Positions 1-9,177 of a stretch of DNA of 64,000 nt are shown piece by piece. Below the pieces are notes generated by a model that saw only the letters and a program-made list of their open reading frames with translations, was not told the DNA's origin and searched no databases. Numbering within the stretch: the stretch's first letter is position 1; each line of letters opens with the position of its first letter. The translations under genes were made by a program, and so were the position numbers. This stretch comes from a virus. The stretch lies in the IMG/VR virus record IMGVR_UViG_3300025120_000017, positions 1 to 64,000 of that record; one strand, 5' to 3'.

Positions 1-19
1 CTTTTATAGGGTAGTTCAT

Positions 20-403
20 TTAAGAGTCTTTAAATACTTTACTTAAACTAATATTTCTGTATATCTGAATAGGCGGTATGCTAATCTTTTCCATTCCTAT
101 TGACATTTCTCTTAGCTTATTGATACAACTTGGGTCATTAAGAATTGGTTTTCTTTCAAATGATGGAAATACTCTAAAATCTCTAACCTTTTGGTTTTTT
201 AAAATATGAAGAGTCATTGAGTAAACTTCTTCAATATCTTCTTGGATTGCTCCTGCACAATAATCTAGTTCATATGCCCATGAACCAACAAACCCAACTC
301 TTATTCTATTGCCAAACATGACAGGGTGAATTCCGATTTCAATTTCACCATCACTATGTCTAAAAAACATATGGTCGTTTATGCTATCATCAATTCTTTT
401 CAT
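20..403 (-). CDS. hypothetical protein
   Basis: 127-aa ORF overlapping the upstream ORF by 14 nt; no recognised motif. Confidence 0.6.
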   Translation of the reverse strand: MKRIDDSINDHMFFRHSDGEIEIGIHPVMFGNRIRVGFVGSWAYELDYCAGAIQEDIEEVYSMTLHILKNQKVRDFRVFPSFERKPILNDPSCINKLREMSIGMEKISIPPIQIYRNISLSKVFKDS

Positions 404-650
404 TTTTATTTTGCTTAAGGTACTTATAATACTTATTTAGTTTATTTCCTAAATCTTTTTCTGATTTACTATTTTTAATCATTTTAATTATAACGTCATT
501 GTCTAAAACAATTCGGCTGTTCTTCTTTTTCATTTTCTTTAACAGTTTATTTTTTAGCTTTAGCATTTTAACAGCCATCTTATCGCTTTTAGCATAAGTT
601 ATTCCATAATGAAATGCTGTTTTTAATACCTTTATATTTTTAGATTCCAT
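390..650 (-). CDS. hypothetical basic protein
   Basis: 86-aa Lys-rich ORF. Confidence 0.55.
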   Translation of the reverse strand: MESKNIKVLKTAFHYGITYAKSDKMAVKMLKLKNKLLKKMKKKNSRIVLDNDVIIKMIKNSKSEKDLGNKLNKYYKYLKQNKNEKN

Positions 651-712
651 TTAACAATTATATACAATAGTTTTCACAACCTGAAATAAATATATAAAGA
701 ATATATAAAAAT

Positions 713-1318
713 ATGAAAAGTCTTAATTATTTTCTAAAAGAGTCAAGCGGTGACATATTAAAAACCAAAAGAGATAAGTGGGTTAAGTTTGATCCAAAGA
801 AATTATCTGACACAGAAAAAGAAGAACTTAGTAAAGAATTTATAGATCTTATACAAACTGCATATGCACCTATCGGAGGTCATGTTAAATTTACAACAGC
901 TGATGATGTATTTAGCGATAGCTCAATAGAATTTTGGGAAGTAATTGACTTACATGGAACAAATGATGCCGATGTTATAGTTTTTGGTAAAGAAGGTAAG
1001 TTTGGTATTAAGTATACTGGAGTAGGCCATGATGGTGAAAAGGATAGTAAAAGAACATACCTAAACAGTAAAGCAAAAACACTCTCAATGCCTGGTTACT
1101 ATAATGAAGTATCTGGAAAGATTGCGGAAATTATGCTAGGTAAATATAAAGTACCTGCGGTCACTAGTGAAGAAGCTGTTAAGAAAGTTCTTAAGAAAGA
1201 TATTACATGGCATGGTAAACATCCTGATGGTAAAACACCTGGAGATGGTTGGTACAGCAGAAAGATTGCTGGTGGAAATCATACTAAAATATTATTAGGA
1301 AAACCAAAGGGAGTTTAG
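713..1318 (+). CDS. putative capsid-internal protein (CTS-like N-terminus)
   Basis: Starts MKSLNYFLKES; AATAAATA at 685-692 upstream. Confidence 0.6.
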   Translation: MKSLNYFLKESSGDILKTKRDKWVKFDPKKLSDTEKEELSKEFIDLIQTAYAPIGGHVKFTTADDVFSDSSIEFWEVIDLHGTNDADVIVFGKEGKFGIKYTGVGHDGEKDSKRTYLNSKAKTLSMPGYYNEVSGKIAEIMLGKYKVPAVTSEEAVKKVLKKDITWHGKHPDGKTPGDGWYSRKIAGGNHTKILLGKPKGV

Positions 1319-1791
1319 AGATTCCCTTTTTTTAACTTCATTACATATTTTTCAAAAACGTTGAAAGGTGTTCTGTGTCCAATAGGTTCTCTATGTATTT
1401 TAAACTTATTCATTCCTTTATTAATCGACCTCTCTGTTTGGTCTGGTTTTACAACCTTATCAAAGTTACCAAGAACCAAAGTATTCATAGGATATCTTGA
1501 CCCGGTTTTATCAATTTTAGGTTCTATGCTTCTTCCTTGTAATGCAGGATTGAATAGTAATGTAGGGATTCCCATCTTCTTGCCTAAATTATATGCAAAC
1601 CATCCACCCATTGAGCTTCCTATAATATAGTTAGGCCTAAACTTAATAAGATCATTATATATTTTATTCCATATATCTGGCTCACTATAATCAATAACAG
1701 GATCATACACTCTATTAAAGTTCTTTTTTAAAAAAGTGTTTTTACGTCCAATGCCATCAGACTCCAATCCATGCAAGTAAGCAATGTTCAT
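1315..1791 (-). CDS. alpha/beta hydrolase, YqiA-like esterase
   Basis: YLHGLES oxyanion segment, GSSMGG nucleophile elbow, D-x-V-V and GH near the C-terminus. Confidence 0.8.
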   Translation of the reverse strand: MNIAYLHGLESDGIGRKNTFLKKNFNRVYDPVIDYSEPDIWNKIYNDLIKFRPNYIIGSSMGGWFAYNLGKKMGIPTLLFNPALQGRSIEPKIDKTGSRYPMNTLVLGNFDKVVKPDQTERSINKGMNKFKIHREPIGHRTPFNVFEKYVMKLKKGNL

Positions 1792-1929
1792 AATTATAAT
1801 TATTTTCTATATTTAATCATTATCATTAACATCAGCATTATCATAATTTGATAAAACATACTTGGTCAGCACTCCTAAAATGGTTGTAGCTATGAATAGT
1901 CCGCCTATCATACCCATTCTTTTGCATTC

Positions 1930-2187
1930 TTATTTTTTTACTATCTTGGTGTGGTGTAGAGAGTTTCCTAGATTATACAATTCTTTTATAGAATTATTAC
2001 TATTGCTATCTATTATTATCTTTAACGCATCAATTAGCTCATGCGTTTCAAATATTAAGATATCTTCAATATTTTTATTTAGAATATCTCTAAGAAATTC
2101 TAAATCTTCTATTGAAAGTCTACTTATCTCTAGTAGATTACTTAGCTTAATCGTTATTTTCAGTAGCCTCTTCTTCAGCATCAGCAT
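1930..2187 (-). CDS. hypothetical protein
   Basis: 85-aa ORF, start uncertain. Confidence 0.4.
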   Translation of the reverse strand: MLMLKKRLLKITIKLSNLLEISRLSIEDLEFLRDILNKNIEDILIFETHELIDALKIIIDSNSNNSIKELYNLGNSLHHTKIVKK

Positions 2188-2581
2188 CAGTATTTAGTTC
2201 TACGTCTGTTAATGCGTCTGGTGTCTCTATCCAATCAAGAGGTTTAAGATTAGGATTCTTTCTAAGAATTTCAACAGGGATTCCTGTTTTATCTGATAAT
2301 TCCTTTAATTCTAATTCCTTGTTTTTTTCTGCTAATCTTGCGGCTGATTTAGCCTTACGCTCTTTTGCGTGGCTATACCCACCTGCAACAGCTGCAGTTA
2401 AACCTGGATCAGTTTCTCTTTCTTTATACTTAATTTTCTTTTGGTTTTCTGTCAAGCATTGGTCAACTGCCGTGACGTCTTTAATACCTTTTCTTTCTTT
2501 GTAATTAGCATTTTTAGCTTCTCTCATCATGTTGTCTAATGCAACATCGCCTTTATGCCTTCCTTGATAACCTTTACCCAT
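2147..2581 (-). CDS. hypothetical protein (probably early)
   Basis: 144-aa ORF with acidic tail, preceded by a TATATTTG promoter box. Confidence 0.65.
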   Translation of the reverse strand: MGKGYQGRHKGDVALDNMMREAKNANYKERKGIKDVTAVDQCLTENQKKIKYKERETDPGLTAAVAGGYSHAKERKAKSAARLAEKNKELELKELSDKTGIPVEILRKNPNLKPLDWIETPDALTDVELNTDADAEEEATENND

Positions 2582-2612
2582 AGTTGTTTAATTTTTTTGT
2601 TTATGTTTTAAA

Positions 2613-2631
2613 TAGTACAAATCAAATATAA
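2613..2631 (-). promoter_or_regulatory. putative early promoter, Bacteroidota -7 box
   Basis: Minus-strand TATATTTG (2623-2630) followed by nnTTGTACTA, the same context as the ligase promoter at 10813-10830. Confidence 0.6.
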
Positions 2632-2782
2632 AAAAGAAACTTTAATATTAATACATTATATTAATTATTTTTTAATCATTTTTATCATTTATAAATGATC
2701 TATAATTATCACGATTATTTATTTTATTTATATAAAATTTGAATATCCTAAATAAATATATTAGTAAAATTAACTTAAGATA

Positions 2783-3277
2783 ATGAGTAATGAACAAAAG
2801 CCTAAATTAAATATACTATCATCAATTAAATCTAATTGGGCTTCTATGTTAACTATAGCAGCTGCTATATCAGTTGTAATAAACTTTTATTGGAAGGCAG
2901 ATGAATTTATAGTATCCAGAGCTAAAGATGCTATTAAGGCTGAAATCTCTACATATCATAAAGAAGCTAAAAACGAAAGGGATAGTATAATATCAAGCAT
3001 AAGCTCTGATTATTTTAAACCGTTAGAGAAACAAGTTAACCTTAATGAATTTTTTCTAAATCAATCTGTACATGGTCTTAATGCAGAATTTGATCCATAT
3101 CCATATAAAGGTAAACTCTTTTATCGCTCTAATAAAAATAGTAGTGGATATTCAATGTATTGGTATATTTTTGAAAGGAATAATAGATGGGAGATTTATC
3201 AAGTAAACTATAATGCAACTTGTGATTGTTTTGAATACTATGATATTATTGAAAGTAAGAATAAGCGAATTAAATAA
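2783..3277 (+). CDS. single-TM membrane protein (possible lysis role)
   Basis: Hydrophobic segment WASMLTIAAAISVVINFYW; AATAAATA at 2751-2758. Confidence 0.55.
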   Translation: MSNEQKPKLNILSSIKSNWASMLTIAAAISVVINFYWKADEFIVSRAKDAIKAEISTYHKEAKNERDSIISSISSDYFKPLEKQVNLNEFFLNQSVHGLNAEFDPYPYKGKLFYRSNKNSSGYSMYWYIFERNNRWEIYQVNYNATCDCFEYYDIIESKNKRIK

Positions 3278-3297
3278 TAAAAGAATGATTTTAAGCT

Positions 3298-3579
3298 ATG
3301 AAAAACTTAAACGAATTTTTAAACGAAGCAAGTAAGATGGATAGAAAAACATTTAATGCTGCTGTTATAGAAATTATACAACAATTACCAAAAAATATTA
3401 TAAAAACTAAAACACAATTCAATAACTTAAAAAGAGAACTGGAAGATATATATGACAGCGGTGACATTAATACCAGAGAGGATATTGATGATAACATAGA
3501 ATTTATTTTAGGAAACCATATAGTCCGCCAAAAAGTTTTAAATGAATTTTTAAACGAGTCTGAAAACTGGAATAAATAA
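3298..3579 (+). CDS. putative capsid-internal protein
   Basis: Starts MKNLNEFLNEA; motif repeated near the C-terminus (VLNEFLNES). Confidence 0.65.
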   Translation: MKNLNEFLNEASKMDRKTFNAAVIEIIQQLPKNIIKTKTQFNNLKRELEDIYDSGDINTREDIDDNIEFILGNHIVRQKVLNEFLNESENWNK

Positions 3580-3616
3580 CTCCTAGAAAAAAATAAAACA
3601 AAAGAAAAGAAATAAT

Positions 3617-4339
3617 ATGAGAGATTTAAATGAATTTATAAACGAGGCTAAAAAAGGAAGAGCCTGGTCTGGAAAGATTAATCAAATAGATGGACTTATG
3701 TCATGGCTATATGATAAAGACATTTTAGGAAAAGGTGAAAAGAATAAGAAAGATTCAATATTTAGACAATATTATAGATATTATAATGATGGTGATTTTC
3801 CGCGTGCTCTTTCTAGTAAAGGAATAGGTAAATATAACCATCCTGATCAGATTGAAAATGCTCTTGAGGAATTGCTTGATGATTTTATTAAAAAGATATT
3901 AACGAAGTATCTTCCTAAGATTAATAGAACAGAGTTTAGATATGACCAAGCATTGTCAGAATTAAAATCTCTTAAAGGAGCAATAGATGATGATAACTGG
4001 CACGGAGTTACTAATTATTGGGGTAAGAGAACTAAAGTTGATAGCCCAGAATTTAATAAATTATTAAGCACTCTTGAAAAGGAATATGTTTCATATAAGA
4101 AATCTGTTGATGATCATATGAAAACCTTAGATCTTTCTAAATATGGAGAGTATTCATTTGAACAGCCTTCATCTAATCACTCAATTAAATCAAATAGAGA
4201 AAAGATGAAAGGAAAGGGTGATTGGCCAAAAAATCTTGAAAAAGGTTATCAGAATCTTGAAGATATTACCAGAGAAATGGGATATAAAGTAAATGATGTT
4301 ATTGTATTTACACAGAGAGCAAAAGAATTATTAGAATAA
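3617..4339 (+). CDS. putative capsid-internal protein
   Basis: Starts MRDLNEFINEA; AATAAATA at 3571-3578. Confidence 0.65.
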   Translation: MRDLNEFINEAKKGRAWSGKINQIDGLMSWLYDKDILGKGEKNKKDSIFRQYYRYYNDGDFPRALSSKGIGKYNHPDQIENALEELLDDFIKKILTKYLPKINRTEFRYDQALSELKSLKGAIDDDNWHGVTNYWGKRTKVDSPEFNKLLSTLEKEYVSYKKSVDDHMKTLDLSKYGEYSFEQPSSNHSIKSNREKMKGKGDWPKNLEKGYQNLEDITREMGYKVNDVIVFTQRAKELLE

Positions 4340-4380
4340 ACGAAATACGTTTTTAGGACCGTGTATAGTTTCGGCTATTA

Positions 4381-4418
4381 AAACCCTCAGAATTCGCTAC
4401 TCTGAGGGTTTCTTTTAT
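4381..4418. terminator. bidirectional intrinsic terminator
   Basis: AAACCCTCAGA-9 nt-TCTGAGGGTTT perfect 11-bp stem between convergent genes. Confidence 0.8.
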
Positions 4419-4419
4419 T

Positions 4420-4635
4420 TTACTCTACTATTTCAATAATGTTAGCCTTTCCTGTGCTAATAAATTGAGTTAAGAAATCTTCAAAATTAATCATATCTTC
4501 TGGCTGATTCCCATTTTTATCAAATGTACTTGATAGAGACTTATCTTTTTCAATTAGCTCCATACACTCAATTGGGTTTTTAGTTGATGCAGCAGACAAT
4601 TGGCCATCATCATCAATAGTTACAAATACTTTCAT
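4420..4635 (-). CDS. hypothetical protein
   Basis: 71-aa ORF with an AAACA-N16-TATTAAA site upstream. Confidence 0.6.
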   Translation of the reverse strand: MKVFVTIDDDGQLSAASTKNPIECMELIEKDKSLSSTFDKNGNQPEDMINFEDFLTQFISTGKANIIEIVE

Positions 4636-4659
4636 AATATAATTTATTTTAGTTATTAT

Positions 4660-4689
4660 TTTAATACAAATATTAAGATAATTGTTTAA
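4660..4689 (-). promoter_or_regulatory. putative middle (ECF) promoter
   Basis: TTAAACA-N16-TATTAAA. Confidence 0.55.
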
Positions 4690-4702
4690 GAAATTATAGT
4701 AC

Positions 4703-5233
4703 TTAGCTTATGAAAATTCTTTTAATACTATTTGCTTGATTAGGCATTGATTTGATTAAAGATTTAATTACTTTATTCTTATCTGATTTTGATAGCTTAT
4801 TAAATTCTTTAATCTTTTCATTATTAGATTCTGTTGCTTTTTTATATTGTGATCCACTATCTATATAATCTGTAGTGAAATCATAGCTTAATAGGCTTCT
4901 TAAAACCTTTTCATATGGAGATAAGAGCTTATCAGCAAAGTAATTACTTATTTCATATTTACTTGACTTGCGCTTATTTAGGTAAAATTCCCATTCATAT
5001 CTATATGAACCTACTTTATACATATGAACTACGTCTTTACCTATAACTATCTTAAACTTAATTCCTTTATCAGAAGATTCGTCAGATATGCTATCAATGT
5101 CTTTTTTACCATTAGGTAATGCAGGATTTATACTAATTAATGCATCTTCTAATAAATCTTCAGGAGTTCCAAATTTAGATTTAGAGTTTTTATAATCTTT
5201 ATATGATTGATAAAATTCGTTTAAGTACTTCAT
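4703..5233 (-). CDS. putative capsid-internal protein
   Basis: Starts MKYLNEF; ATGA-coupled to the upstream tagged gene. Confidence 0.55.
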   Translation of the reverse strand: MKYLNEFYQSYKDYKNSKSKFGTPEDLLEDALISINPALPNGKKDIDSISDESSDKGIKFKIVIGKDVVHMYKVGSYRYEWEFYLNKRKSSKYEISNYFADKLLSPYEKVLRSLLSYDFTTDYIDSGSQYKKATESNNEKIKEFNKLSKSDKNKVIKSLIKSMPNQANSIKRIFIS

Positions 5234-5616
5234 ACTTTAATGATTTTTTGATTTCGACCTACTCTAAATTCAGCTCCTCTATATAAAGTAATAACAACAA
5301 ATGATAGTTCATTTCCTTTCTTTTCCATTATTCCTACAACTGTTAGTCCATCGCCTTCTCTTTGCAAAATAACCCTATCTTTGTTAATATCTGTAGTGTC
5401 ATTAACTAAATCTCTTATGAGTATTTCAGTTGCCTTGCTTATGATAGAATTAACTTCTTTAAATGTAACAGGTTCATATGAAGAATTTCCTTGCTCATCT
5501 TTTCTATTTAGTCTTTTAATTGCATGTGATGTTGACTCTATATCAATATCAAACTTAATCTTTCTAGATATATGACCTTCAGCTTTTTCATTCATTATTT
5601 GTTTATAACTCTTCAT
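5230..5616 (-). CDS. putative capsid-internal protein, possible BECR-fold RNase-like
   Basis: Starts MKSYKQIMNE; TSHAIKRLNR helix and terminal VVITLY strand; AATAAATA at 5622-5629. Confidence 0.5.
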   Translation of the reverse strand: MKSYKQIMNEKAEGHISRKIKFDIDIESTSHAIKRLNRKDEQGNSSYEPVTFKEVNSIISKATEILIRDLVNDTTDINKDRVILQREGDGLTVVGIMEKKGNELSFVVITLYRGAEFRVGRNQKIIKV

Positions 5617-5640
5617 ATTATTATTTATTTAAAGATGCTA

Positions 5641-5898
5641 TTAAAATAATCTGTTAGGCTTAGGATATTTTATTAATACTGATACGGTTTTAATATTTTT
5701 TATTTGCTCATCCATCATTAATCCATTTATAAGCAAGTTTTGAAATGTAGGCAATTCGTTTTTTGGAATATCATCATATGAAGGCGCTAACCCAAATGAA
5801 TATTCTAAAGGATCTTCATTATCTCTAGTGAATGTAACACAGAGAATTTTGTTATGCTTAAGTACTCCTTGAAAATGTTTGGTTACTCTTATGTCCAT
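5641..5898 (-). CDS. hypothetical protein
   Basis: 85-aa ORF in an operon with the deaminase; ends NRLF. Confidence 0.55.
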   Translation of the reverse strand: MDIRVTKHFQGVLKHNKILCVTFTRDNEDPLEYSFGLAPSYDDIPKNELPTFQNLLINGLMMDEQIKNIKTVSVLIKYPKPNRLF

Positions 5899-5900
5899 AA

Positions 5901-6308
5901 TTATAATTTTCTAATTTTTATGTTTTTTCCTATAGGATGATTCATCAACCAATCTAATGAATCTGGGCAATATACATTTTCATAAATAATTTCATTTACC
6001 TTTGCTTGAATTAATTTCTTTGCACAAGACTTACATGGGCTATGTGTAATGTATACCTTTTTATATGGTTCACTATAATCTAATTTTATTAAAGCATTCT
6101 CTTCGGCATGAATAAATCCGCTACCTCCAGTATCCATACTTTCACGTTCATTAGATCCACCATGTTCATCTCCATTATACCCAACTGAAAGTACTCTTGT
6201 GTTATCTTTATTTATGATTACGCACGCAATCTTATATTTAGCATCAACGCTTCTCTTGGCAATTTCTTTTGTAAAATTCATCCAAGTTTCATCCCAAGTA
6301 GGTCTCAT
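5901..6308 (-). CDS. cd: dCMP deaminase
   Basis: RPTWDE N-terminus, GYNG, HAEENA and SPCKSC zinc motifs. Confidence 0.92.
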   Translation of the reverse strand: MRPTWDETWMNFTKEIAKRSVDAKYKIACVIINKDNTRVLSVGYNGDEHGGSNERESMDTGGSGFIHAEENALIKLDYSEPYKKVYITHSPCKSCAKKLIQAKVNEIIYENVYCPDSLDWLMNHPIGKNIKIRKL

Positions 6309-6589
6309 AATTTAATATATGTTGCAGTCATTTGTAATTCATTGTAATTATTAGGCAATAACCTATTCTTTAATAAATGTTCTTTAATGCCATCAATAGG
6401 AAAGTTAAGTATAACCGATAGAGTATCAGTGTATGAACATTCTAAAAGAGCTGGATCCGATAAAATATGCTTAATATCTGTACGATGTTCTTTAGTAACC
6501 TGATCTTTATATAACCATGCAATTGGGCCATTTTTAGTATCTGATATGTTCCATCCGCTTTTTGCTAATTTAATAACAGTTTCTTTCAT
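6305..6589 (-). CDS. hypothetical protein
   Basis: 94-aa ORF with ATGA overlap with the deaminase. Confidence 0.55.
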   Translation of the reverse strand: MKETVIKLAKSGWNISDTKNGPIAWLYKDQVTKEHRTDIKHILSDPALLECSYTDTLSVILNFPIDGIKEHLLKNRLLPNNYNELQMTATYIKL

Positions 6590-6598
6590 TTTTATTAG

Positions 6599-7201
6599 TT
6601 AAGAGTGTATGCTTATTTTATAATTTGAAAATAATATTAAATATTCTTCTATGCTAGTTCCGTTGCCATCAGTAGGACATTTCTTTCCATTGCTTTTAAG
6701 CCATTTTCGTACGTTACCTCCGCCTACTAAATGGGCTGCTGCAAGTATTCCACTTTCAGTAACATATACCCCATTTATAACTTTCCCTACATATTTTTTG
6801 ATATATGTTTTAATTCTTTTTCTATTTAATTTAAACAACTCAACAACCAGAGAGTCTTGTACATGTTCAGGAAATGTATTAGGATTAATTCTGAATGAAT
6901 CAATGTTAAGAGTGTAGTTAAGATCAGTTAGAGCAGCCTTTCCCATTTGATATTTGCCAGCATATCCAAACCTGTTTATTACTTTCCAGTTTCTGCTAGA
7001 TTCTCTAAAAGATAATTTATCAAGAAACTCCTTAAAAGTCTTTTGTTTTTTTAACTTAATAAAATCTGTTTTATTTAAAGATATGCTATCTTTATAAAAT
7101 ACACCAGGTTCAATATCAGTTATTATTCTTTTAGGAATTGTTAAGTTTGATAGTATTATTGAAGCCATGAAAATGATGGCGAGCCTATTTAAAGTTGTCA
7201 T
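6599..7201 (-). CDS. lysozyme-like / lytic transglycosylase with N-terminal hydrophobic anchor
   Basis: RESS catalytic Glu, GYAGKYQMG motif, AAAHLVGGG; hydrophobic residues ~7-21. Confidence 0.7.
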   Translation of the reverse strand: MTTLNRLAIIFMASIILSNLTIPKRIITDIEPGVFYKDSISLNKTDFIKLKKQKTFKEFLDKLSFRESSRNWKVINRFGYAGKYQMGKAALTDLNYTLNIDSFRINPNTFPEHVQDSLVVELFKLNRKRIKTYIKKYVGKVINGVYVTESGILAAAHLVGGGNVRKWLKSNGKKCPTDGNGTSIEEYLILFSNYKISIHS

Positions 7202-7254
7202 GATTAATGTTATTGGTTACTTTAAATATAATAAAATTATTTATGATACAAAAA

Positions 7255-7554
7255 TTAAAAGAAAGGATTATCTATTAAAGATTCAAAACGTCTATCTGCT
7301 GATGTAATCATGTCATCAAGAGCTGAAAAACTTAAAGGACACTCAAACCACTCTCCTTGTATTTTGTACTCTTTATAGTATCTTTTAAGATATGCTTCTA
7401 TTTTTGAATAGTGCTTTACTTCTCTTTCATAATATAATTTAATAACATCATCATTACCAGTCTGTAAAGCCTTTAATCTCTTTAACGGATTTTTTGAAAA
7501 TCCTATCTTAAACCTATCACGCTCTTCATTATATATTATGTAAATGCTTTTCAT
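7255..7554 (-). CDS. GIY-YIG family protein (T5orf172-like)
   Basis: IYII...FKIGFSKNPLKRLKALQTGN...E...GEWF. Confidence 0.85.
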   Translation of the reverse strand: MKSIYIIYNEERDRFKIGFSKNPLKRLKALQTGNDDVIKLYYEREVKHYSKIEAYLKRYYKEYKIQGEWFECPLSFSALDDMITSADRRFESLIDNPFF

Positions 7555-7557
7555 ATA

Positions 7558-7929
7558 TTATGATCCTACCAATTCTTTATATTGAGAAGCTGTAAGTAAA
7601 GAGCCTATTTCGCTTTCATCATCTATACTTATCTTTGCTAACCACCCTGTACCGTAAGGATCATTGTTTACTTGGTCAGGCATATCTTCTAGGCTATCAT
7701 TTATTTCTATAATATTTCCAGTTATAGGAGCATATATATCACTTACTGTTTTAACTGCCTCTATTGATCCCATTACTTCACCAGAAACTGCTGCCTCATT
7801 TTCTATTTCAACATAAACGATATCTCCTAACTGATCTTGAGCAAAATAGGTAATTCCTATAATAGCCACACCATCTTCTATCTGAATCCATTCATGGTCT
7901 TCAGTGTATAATAAATCTTCTTTAATCAT
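7558..7929 (-). CDS. gcvH: glycine cleavage system H protein
   Basis: YTEDHEW, GITYFAQDQLGDIVYVE, lipoyl-Lys motif EAVKTVSDIYAP, VNNDPYGTGW. Confidence 0.95.
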   Translation of the reverse strand: MIKEDLLYTEDHEWIQIEDGVAIIGITYFAQDQLGDIVYVEIENEAAVSGEVMGSIEAVKTVSDIYAPITGNIIEINDSLEDMPDQVNNDPYGTGWLAKISIDDESEIGSLLTASQYKELVGS

Positions 7930-8068
7930 TTTCTATATTATTAACAGGTTCTTTAAATTCGTCATATACATAAGTATCATCACAAATTATTACATTACCG
8001 TTTGGTTGTAATATATAGTTTCCATTACATGATGATATGTATCTGCCTTTCCAGTGATTGCTTTCCAT
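7922..8068 (-). CDS. small hypothetical protein (48 aa, not in ORF track)
   Basis: Hand translation MESNHWKGRYISSCNGNYILQPNGNVIICDDTYVYDEFKEPVNNIEND*; fills the gap and overlaps the gcvH start. Confidence 0.5.
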   Translation of the reverse strand: MESNHWKGRYISSCNGNYILQPNGNVIICDDTYVYDEFKEPVNNIEND

Positions 8069-8079
8069 TATAATTCTAT

Positions 8080-9069
8080 TTATAAAGGTGATAATGATGA
8101 CTTATATTCTTTAGGATATTCGTTTTTCATATCTTTCCTATGCTTATTTTGTATATCTGTAAGTTCTTTATTAACATCATTTGACATTTTTGCATTATAT
8201 GCCATTTTTAGCCATGCTTCATATAGAACTTTAAAATGTGATGGGCCTATCCCTGGAGCTCCATTAATTTCAGGAACCCATAACTCACCATCATTATCAA
8301 GCATTAGGTCAATATTATAAAAATCTAATTTAACTTTGGTTTCTAATTGCTTTTGAATCTTTTTTATTTTATCCATGTATGGAAATTTATCCATATCTTG
8401 GTCAATATAAATTAAATCTATTTTTTCTTCAGCGTCTTTTTCACCAACTGATTTATCATTTTGTGTATTTGTTATTCTCTCAGCAATTAAAAGAATTTTG
8501 CCATTCATGATAAATGCTCTAAATTCTCTATCAAGATCTTTAGCTTCGCACCAAATATCAAATTCTAAATCAGATTTTTTAGCATCTTCATATGAATCAA
8601 ATTTTTCAATCCCCTGTGCGCTAAATCCTTCAGCAGGTTTAGCAATAATAGGTAATGTAAGATCTTCAATATCATCTAATGAATATACGGTTTTAGGAAT
8701 ACATTCACAAGTATCACCAAGCTCTTTTGAAAATACTTTCTTATCTGCGCTTATTGCATAATCATCTATTTTGTTAAAGATAACAGCATCATCAGATTCA
8801 ATAAAGTCATTAGGAGTAGATGTAAAATTTAAAATAGGATATTCATATGATATTTTATTTTTCCTATTTTCTGGAACATCATCATCAGTATTATAATTGC
8901 TTTCTTTTTTAATAAGAACTAGCCTAATGTATTTTTCATAAAGGCGTTTCATTGCTTTCTTTGTAAAGTCTTCTTCTTTTGAGGTAAGTCCTATGTTACC
9001 TCTCATTATAATTTGCATTGGCATATTATATGAAACTAATTCATTTATGAAATACTTTAAACTTTTCAT
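8080..9069 (-). CDS. ATP-grasp (RimK-like) ligase with CTS-like N-terminus
   Basis: DK, IPKT, PIIAKPAEGFSAQGI, EFRAF, IDLM, EINGAPG; starts MKSLKYFINE. Confidence 0.8.
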   Translation of the reverse strand: MKSLKYFINELVSYNMPMQIIMRGNIGLTSKEEDFTKKAMKRLYEKYIRLVLIKKESNYNTDDDVPENRKNKISYEYPILNFTSTPNDFIESDDAVIFNKIDDYAISADKKVFSKELGDTCECIPKTVYSLDDIEDLTLPIIAKPAEGFSAQGIEKFDSYEDAKKSDLEFDIWCEAKDLDREFRAFIMNGKILLIAERITNTQNDKSVGEKDAEEKIDLIYIDQDMDKFPYMDKIKKIQKQLETKVKLDFYNIDLMLDNDGELWVPEINGAPGIGPSHFKVLYEAWLKMAYNAKMSNDVNKELTDIQNKHRKDMKNEYPKEYKSSLSPL

Positions 9070-9125
9070 ACATATCTTATTTACTATATTTAATTATTGC
9101 TAATATTTAAAAACGTGATTACACT

Positions 9126-9172
9126 AAAATCCCTGCAGATTTAAAAACATATTTTAAAAATGCAGGGATTTT
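9126..9172. terminator. long hairpin / terminator
   Basis: AAAATCCCTGCA...TGCAGGGATTTT inverted repeat with an AT-rich inner stem. Confidence 0.7.
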
Positions 9173-9177
9173 ATATT

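Noticed and set aside
7255-7554. GIY-YIG gene as an intron-encoded mobile element
   Set aside because: Only 99 aa, free-standing between intact genes, with no interrupted host gene or evident intron
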